From assembly GCA_038150305.1 (NCBI GenBank), contig JAYOTG010000001.1:97286-161285 (forward strand): a DNA stretch of 64,000 nucleotides. Direction: 5' to 3'. How positions within the stretch are numbered: position 1 is the stretch's first letter; each line of letters starts with the position of its first letter. Positions 58,776 to 64,000 of this stretch are shown piece by piece. A program made the position numbers and the translations under genes. Under the pieces are notes generated by a model. That model was not told the DNA's origin and searched no databases. It saw nothing but the letters and a program-made list of their open reading frames with translations. Source of the stretch: Candidatus Poseidoniales archaeon (GTDB lineage Archaea > Thermoplasmatota > Poseidoniia > Poseidoniales > Poseidoniaceae).

Positions 58776-61700
58776 TCAAGACCAGAACCGTCGGGTCCTG
58801 GCGTATTCGATTTCGGCTTCGTGCACGGCCTCCAGGAGCCGGTCCATGTCACCGCGTCGGACCTTTCTGAGGATTCGTTGTGCGGTTGCTTCGCCGACGC
58901 CTCTGCCCATCAGGGCCAGCACGGCCTCCATGCCTCGGTTGGCGACGATTTGCGCGTTCTTCTCCATGCGACCACGGTCTTTCTCGTCCTCGCTCTTGAC
59001 CCATCCTTCGAGCATCGACAACATGCCCTCCCTTGCACAAGCCAGCATCCGTCCGCCGCACGCTCGGCACCGGCCGATGTCAGCGATCTCAGGGTGCCGC
59101 GCCACGCGGAAGCGCCGCACTTGCCCACAATTCAGGCAACACAAGGCCGCCCGTTCGTTCATCAGACGGAGGCGGAGGCGCTCCCGCACCGCTTCGTTGT
59201 CCCACTGGGGCAGAAGCAGGTCCTTGCGGGCCCGATTGGACAAGCCAAGACGACCCGCTGCGGTGTGCCGGACGTTGATGTGTCCCGCGTGAATCGCTTC
59301 GAGGACGTGAGCGGCTCCCTCGACGTCCATGCGCTCATGGAACAACTTGCCCAGCACCTCCTCCATCACGACGGTCCCGCGGTACCGTCCAATCAAGGAT
59401 TGGAGGTTGATCTTGCGCGGGTCAACGCCGTGCCTGAGGATGCCGAAGGTCTTCGCCACCTCAGCGAATCGCCAGCGCACCTGCCTCGAATTTGGAAGGG
59501 TCACCGACAGCAGGCCAACCAAGGCCTCGGGCGGCGTGTCGTTCAACCATTCAATCACGTCCTCAGGACCGATGCCGGTGGCCTGGATCGAGATGCGGGT
59601 GGCTTCAATGACCAGTCGGCCCCAAGAGCCGGTTTTGGTGCTCGCCATCGCCAGCAAGAACTGCCCAAGCGCCTCGTTGATGAGCGTCCCATGGCATGAA
59701 TTCAGGACCACAGCATCGTCGCGCTGCTCAACGGTCATGCGCCGCTCGGTCGGCAAATCCCCCGTGGCTTCCACGTGGGCGATGATCGCCTCGGCCAACA
59801 GGCTGCGGCAGGTGGCGTCAAGCGGATGGGCCGCCAAATCCGGCCCGTCCTGTCCAAGGCCGAGCACGTCCAGCGCGGACGACGACTCGTGCGCCGGCAA
59901 GGGGAGGTCAAGGTCAGCCGCCACCGCACGACGCAGGCGACCGATGTCCCGACCGACCTCCTGCGGCACCGGCGGAAGTTCCCCGAGCCACGTGGGCGCC
60001 TGTGCCACGTCCTTGGTGGGAATCACGAGGAGTTCACTCTGCTCCGGGTCCGCATCGACGATGCGCCACGTCATCCCGGCCATGACGAAGCGTGCGATGC
60101 GGCCGTCGTCCTCCTCGCCGCTGTCGTTCAGGGTCAAGACGAAGGCTTCGTCCACCGAACCAATCGTGCGGCGCGTGACCGCATCACGAACGCGGTAGGC
60201 ATGCTTGTCCGGAATCATGGAGAGATGATTGCTGACCCATGTTCTGGTCCGGCCCGCAGTGCCGTACCATCCCTTGGCGTAGCGCTTGGGTACGGGAGCT
60301 TTCAACGCGAGCACGTCATCGGGAAGCTCCTCATCGGGGGTGTTCCACTCCGGCCGCTCGGGCACAGCGTGGCCCTTCTTTTCCAACATCTGAACGGATT
60401 CGGCCCACACGGGAGCCGGCCAGCGCCACCACGGGACCTTGGTGGGATCCTCCACCACGCGGACCAACCAGCCGTCTTCGAGGACCCGCAGCACGTTGAG
60501 GGTATCCTCTTGGGTCCAATCGGGGAATTGTGGAACGTCCGCCAACACAGACGTGGCCTCATGCAAGGGGACCGCTTTGTGGGCATGGGCCATCAGCACG
60601 AGCTGATTGGCCGCGATGCTCCAAGGGCGCGTCCGCCACGTCACCGGTTCGATGGCGGCTTCCATGGCACGGCGTGCCGTGACTGCCGCTTCGCTCAACT
60701 CGTCCACGTCCCAGACCAGCAGGTGGCCGCGTCCAAGTCCTCCAAGTCGGTGATCTGCGCGCCCGACACGCTGCAGCATGCGGTCCACCGAGCGAGGCGA
60801 GTTGACCTGAATCACGCGTTGAACGCTGCCAACGTCAATGCCCAACTCTAGGCTCGACGTGCACACCAAGGCATCGAGTTCACCCGAGCGGAGGTTGTCC
60901 TCCATCGCCTGCCGCGTGTCTTGGGCCAGGCTTCCATGGTGCACGCCGATGCGGAGGTGTGGCGCCATCGTTTGCAGGCGCTGTCCAACGGTTTCAGCGT
61001 CGGACCGGCTGTTCACGAACACCAGCGCTTGCGGCGTCTGTTCGACTTGTCGGATGAGGCGACGGAAGGTGGCGTGGGCACGCGTGGAGAGCGCGTGTTC
61101 CACCGCTCCAATCTCGTCCTCGGCTTCAGGTGGTTCGGACTCAACCGTCAGTTCCGTCTCCCGGGGAGCCACAGCCACCATCGCTTTGCCGCGACCGGGA
61201 GCAAGCCACTCGGCCACGTCAGCCGGGTTGCCGACCGTGGCGGAGAGCCCGATGCGCTGCACGCGCCGCCCGCACAAATGGTCCAAGCGCGACAGTCCAA
61301 CGGAGAGCTGCCAGCCACGCTCGCTCGCGGCGAGGTCGTGCACTTCGTCGACCACCACGGCCTGAACGGTGCGCAGCAAGGCCCGAAGCCGATGACCGGT
61401 GAACATCAACTGGAAGGTCTCGGGCGTCGTGACCAGCAGGTGCGGTGGGCGCTTCACCTGACGTTGTCGCTCCGATTGCGAGGTGTCCCCGTGCCGCAGG
61501 CCGACCCGAAGTCCAACGGATTCAGCGAGGTCGATGAGGCGACGATCGACGTCGCGGTTCAACGCACGCAGCGGCGTGATGTAGAGGATGGCCAGGGGCT
61601 CCCAAGCCTCGTTGAGGCAGCGGTGCAGCAAAGGAAGCACGGCCGCCATGGTTTTGCCCGAACCGGTGGGGGCCACCACCACGCCCTCGTCGCCCTTGGC

Positions 61701-61802
61701 GAGGGCCGGCAATGCAAGGTCCTGAACCGGCGTTGGGCTCCAACCGCGGCCATCAACCGCCGCCTTGAGGGCGGGATGCAGCGCGTCGAAGACCGTCGTC
61801 AT
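58776..61802 (-). CDS. lhr: Lhr-like SF2 DEAD/DEAH helicase (archaeal)
   Basis: APTGSGKT, TPLRALNRD, TTPET, DEVH, SAT, HHGSL, SSLELGID and QRVGRA motifs, with a C-terminal Zn finger and HhH. Confidence 0.93.
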   Translation of the reverse strand: MTTVFDALHPALKAAVDGRGWSPTPVQDLALPALAKGDEGVVVAPTGSGKTMAAVLPLLHRCLNEAWEPLAILYITPLRALNRDVDRRLIDLAESVGLRVGLRHGDTSQSERQRQVKRPPHLLVTTPETFQLMFTGHRLRALLRTVQAVVVDEVHDLAASERGWQLSVGLSRLDHLCGRRVQRIGLSATVGNPADVAEWLAPGRGKAMVAVAPRETELTVESEPPEAEDEIGAVEHALSTRAHATFRRLIRQVEQTPQALVFVNSRSDAETVGQRLQTMAPHLRIGVHHGSLAQDTRQAMEDNLRSGELDALVCTSSLELGIDVGSVQRVIQVNSPRSVDRMLQRVGRADHRLGGLGRGHLLVWDVDELSEAAVTARRAMEAAIEPVTWRTRPWSIAANQLVLMAHAHKAVPLHEATSVLADVPQFPDWTQEDTLNVLRVLEDGWLVRVVEDPTKVPWWRWPAPVWAESVQMLEKKGHAVPERPEWNTPDEELPDDVLALKAPVPKRYAKGWYGTAGRTRTWVSNHLSMIPDKHAYRVRDAVTRRTIGSVDEAFVLTLNDSGEEDDGRIARFVMAGMTWRIVDADPEQSELLVIPTKDVAQAPTWLGELPPVPQEVGRDIGRLRRAVAADLDLPLPAHESSSALDVLGLGQDGPDLAAHPLDATCRSLLAEAIIAHVEATGDLPTERRMTVEQRDDAVVLNSCHGTLINEALGQFLLAMASTKTGSWGRLVIEATRISIQATGIGPEDVIEWLNDTPPEALVGLLSVTLPNSRQVRWRFAEVAKTFGILRHGVDPRKINLQSLIGRYRGTVVMEEVLGKLFHERMDVEGAAHVLEAIHAGHINVRHTAAGRLGLSNRARKDLLLPQWDNEAVRERLRLRLMNERAALCCLNCGQVRRFRVARHPEIADIGRCRACGGRMLACAREGMLSMLEGWVKSEDEKDRGRMEKNAQIVANRGMEAVLALMGRGVGEATAQRILRKVRRGDMDRLLEAVHEAEIEYARTRRFWS

Positions 61803-61893
61803 GCCCCCGCCTCGTCCTCTCCCGCGGCCCGAGAGCCTTGAGGTCACCGATTCGTTCGGACACAAATGCAGGTGCGCGGTGAATGAGGAGAGG

Positions 61894-61906
61894 TGGACGT
61901 GGCGAG
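61894..61906 (-). repeat. Direct repeat of the tRNA-Ala 3' end (att-like)
   Basis: TGGACGTGGCGAG occurs at both 61894-61906 and 61985-61997. Confidence 0.65.
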
Positions 61907-61984
61907 CCAACGGACTTGCAATACGCGTCGATGAAGGCCGTGGCAGCACGGCCATTTCGCTCTACGCAAATTGGTGGAGAGAAA

Positions 61985-62057
61985 TGGACGTGGCGAGATT
62001 TGAACTCGCGGCCTCTTCGTTGCGAACGAAGCGATCTTCCAACTGATCTACACGCCC
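61985..62057 (-). tRNA. tRNA-Ala(CGC)
   Basis: Reverse complement GGGCGTG...CTTCG-TTCGCAA-CGAAG...GTTCAAATC...CACGTCCA, with a G3:U70 pair. Confidence 0.95.
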
Positions 62058-62163
62058 TTGTGCAGCCTTCCGCTGGACGCGGCCCACTTAGCCCTTGCGA
62101 CCAAGTGGAACGGGCGCGTAGGACCGGAAACAGGTTGATAGGGCGGTGCCTCGTGTTCCTACC

Positions 62164-62607
62164 ATGACGACCCCTGTGATCGATGCCGAAGCCCACTGTG
62201 ACGGACCCTGCGGCGTGTACGACCCTGCGAGCGCACGCGTGGCGGCCGAGGCCGTCCAATCGATGACCAACAAGATGCTTGGTCACGCCTGCCCCGACAC
62301 CTCTGACGCTGCTGCCATGGCGGCCTACCTCAACACGATGTCCCGCTACGCCGCCATCAAGGAAGAGGAAGCGCAGAAGTGCAAGAAGGAACTCTTGGTG
62401 CTCTGGACGGACTTCTTCAAGCCCCAGCACCTCGAAGCCAACCCTGACCTGCACGACGTGTTCTGGAAGGCCGCAAAGCTCTGCTCGGCCTGCAAGGTTG
62501 AGGTCTCCGCGGTCCATGCGCAGGAACTCATGGACGCCGTCGAGGAAATCCACGCCATGTTCTGGGCCGTCAAGGGCCGAGACGTCCCCTGGATTCGCGC
62601 CTCCTGA
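62164..62607 (+). CDS. sodN: Nickel superoxide dismutase precursor
   Basis: Ni-hook HCDGPCGVYDP after a 10-aa leader, plus LWTDFFK and CK motifs. Confidence 0.96.
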   Translation: MTTPVIDAEAHCDGPCGVYDPASARVAAEAVQSMTNKMLGHACPDTSDAAAMAAYLNTMSRYAAIKEEEAQKCKKELLVLWTDFFKPQHLEANPDLHDVFWKAAKLCSACKVEVSAVHAQELMDAVEEIHAMFWAVKGRDVPWIRAS

Positions 62608-62616
62608 GGCCGCTGC

Positions 62617-62922
62617 ATGGACGCAACAGTCCACGTGCGCATCCACGGTCACAGCATGTGGCCGACCTACAACGATCAGCAGATTGTTCCATTTCGAAAA
62701 AGAGGGCCCGAAGAGGCCGTGCCTGCCGGGACAGTGGTCCTCGCTCAGCACCCATTGAAGCCCAGTGTGCGGGTGGTGAAGCGCGTGCGTCACCTCACCG
62801 AAGACGGGCGGCTCTTCCTCGAAGGGGATCAGCCCGATCCGCTTGGATCGGAGGATTCACACAATTTCGGGCCCGTCCAGCCAAGCGCCATCCTGGCCAT
62901 CGCTGAGGACGAACAAGCGTGA
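62617..62922 (+). CDS. sodX: NiSOD maturation protease (S26-like)
   Basis: G.SM.PT, HP......VKRV, GD...S.DS..FG.V motifs, adjacent to sodN. Confidence 0.9.
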   Translation: MDATVHVRIHGHSMWPTYNDQQIVPFRKRGPEEAVPAGTVVLAQHPLKPSVRVVKRVRHLTEDGRLFLEGDQPDPLGSEDSHNFGPVQPSAILAIAEDEQA

Positions 62923-62923
62923 A

Positions 62924-64000
62924 TCAGCCGTCGACGTCGTCGTACTCATCGTCGTCGTCGCCGTCCTCGTCCCAAGCCTCTTCTTCCTCGTCGTAGAAGG
63001 CGCCCTCACCGTGGTCGATGGCCGTGCGTTGTGCGACGGTGGCCACGACCGCAACAAGCAGGAGGCCGACAATGGAGAAGAGCCAAGCCAGGGGGTTCTC
63101 GCGGTAGGAATCCTTCCAGCCAAACCCAGCAGCATACGCCACTTCGAGCCCGTGCTCGGCCTCGTTGTCGTCATCGTTGGCTTCCAGCACAAGGTTCTCC
63201 TCGTCGACGACCACACGGATGCGGTCGACCTCTTCGGCGTTCCAAGTTTGGATGAGTTCAACGGTCTCATCAGCGCCAAGCCCAGAAATCGTACTCCTGG
63301 CGAAAGGCTCCTCAGCATCGCCTGCGTAGAAGTGGACGTTGAACGACGTGTTCGTCGCTCCGCCCACGTTCTGGATGCCTACGGTGATGGTCACTGATGA
63401 GCGAGGCGCGACGTGGTCGTCGGACAGCGCGATGGACGCCACGCGGAGTTCTGCACCCACGGCGCCCAAGCGCACCCATTGACGCTCGAAGTCGGTGTCG
63501 TCCTCAGCAAGCTCGGGAATCGGGCTCGCTTCGGAGTTGGACACGACCGGGAAGTCGTTGCCGGCAGCATCGTAGCCCGAGACAAAGAAGCCCACGAAGT
63601 CACCTTCGCGCGGAACGATTGTCCCGCCTGCGGTCAGGTCCACGCTGCCCGTCCAGGTCACGATCATGCCGTCTTGCCTCATGCCCAGAGGACTGGACCC
63701 TGCTCCGATGGTGACGGTTCGCGTTTCGTCGCGCATCACCCAGTGCACGTACTGCACCGAGCCCGTCAGGTCAGCGTCTTCCGAACCAAGGAATTCCACC
63801 GGCACCGAGCTGAGGTCGTTCTCGGCGGAGACGTCGATGACGTTGAGCGGTGCCACGCGGCGGGTGACACGAGGTGCGGCGTCATCGACCAACACGCGCA
63901 GCGTGGTGGACACGAGGGTGCCGGTCATGTCTTCACCACGGCCGGGAATGTTCGTGATGGAAATCAGGCAGGTCCGAGTGGGCGAAGATTGGAGCGTCGT
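62924..64000 (-). CDS. Large cell-surface protein with CARDB domain and C-terminal TM anchor (partial, starts beyond window)
   Basis: The frame is open to the window edge. It has the CARDB-like V.N.G...VD..N.V.E.NDDDN, a TM and an acidic tail. Confidence 0.8.
   Translation of the reverse strand, partial: TTLQSSPTRTCLISITNIPGRGEDMTGTLVSTTLRVLVDDAAPRVTRRVAPLNVIDVSAENDLSSVPVEFLGSEDADLTGSVQYVHWVMRDETRTVTIGAGSSPLGMRQDGMIVTWTGSVDLTAGGTIVPREGDFVGFFVSGYDAAGNDFPVVSNSEASPIPELAEDDTDFERQWVRLGAVGAELRVASIALSDDHVAPRSSVTITVGIQNVGGATNTSFNVHFYAGDAEEPFARSTISGLGADETVELIQTWNAEEVDRIRVVVDEENLVLEANDDDNEAEHGLEVAYAAGFGWKDSYRENPLAWLFSIVGLLLVAVVATVAQRTAIDHGEGAFYDEEEEAWDEDGDDDDEYDDVDG

Noticed and set aside
61894-61960. 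Possible second, degenerate tRNA-Ala(TGC) downstream of tRNA-Ala
   Set aside because: A TTGCAA and the 3' acceptor strand are present, but no T-loop, D-arm or matching 5' strand can be folded. It is kept only as a direct repeat.

Overview
GC-rich (roughly 60-65% by eye), gene-dense archaeal chromosome segment. Its gene set points to Marine Group II Euryarchaeota (Ca. Poseidoniales, Thermoplasmatota): Alba, thermosome, Bud32, DUF6015, presenilin homolog, archaeal Lhr and Tad-type pilus genes, alongside bacterial-type ThrS, HMG-CoA synthase, DnaK, PepA, RmuC and NiSOD. This assignment is an inference from gene content. About 50 CDS and two tRNAs (Gly-GCC, Ala-CGC) were found, with no CRISPR array, IS element, integrase or prophage. 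Most genes are housekeeping. The best leads are: (1) a small, very basic orphan protein at 12669-13064 behind a repeat-bearing promoter, a leaderless 5-codon uORF and a long hairpin that hides its Shine-Dalgarno site, with competing hairpins at its 3' end; (2) a cysteine-free Mrp/ApbC ATPase whose CxxC loop is replaced by an Ig-like insert, co-transcribed with a 4-Cys DUF971 protein and Bud32, resembling a split HCF101; (3) a speB-speD-like-DHS-like operon that may be a complete arginine-to-homospermidine pathway; (4) a ZnuA-type lipoprotein carrying a transcobalamin-like DUF4430 domain and His-rich repeats; (5) a presenilin homolog with an ~380 aa ectodomain; (6) a duplicated tRNA-Ala 3' end; (7) a recurring non-canonical TT(G/C)AA promoter box 27-30 nt before start codons. 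All family calls come from motif recognition by eye, with no database searches.
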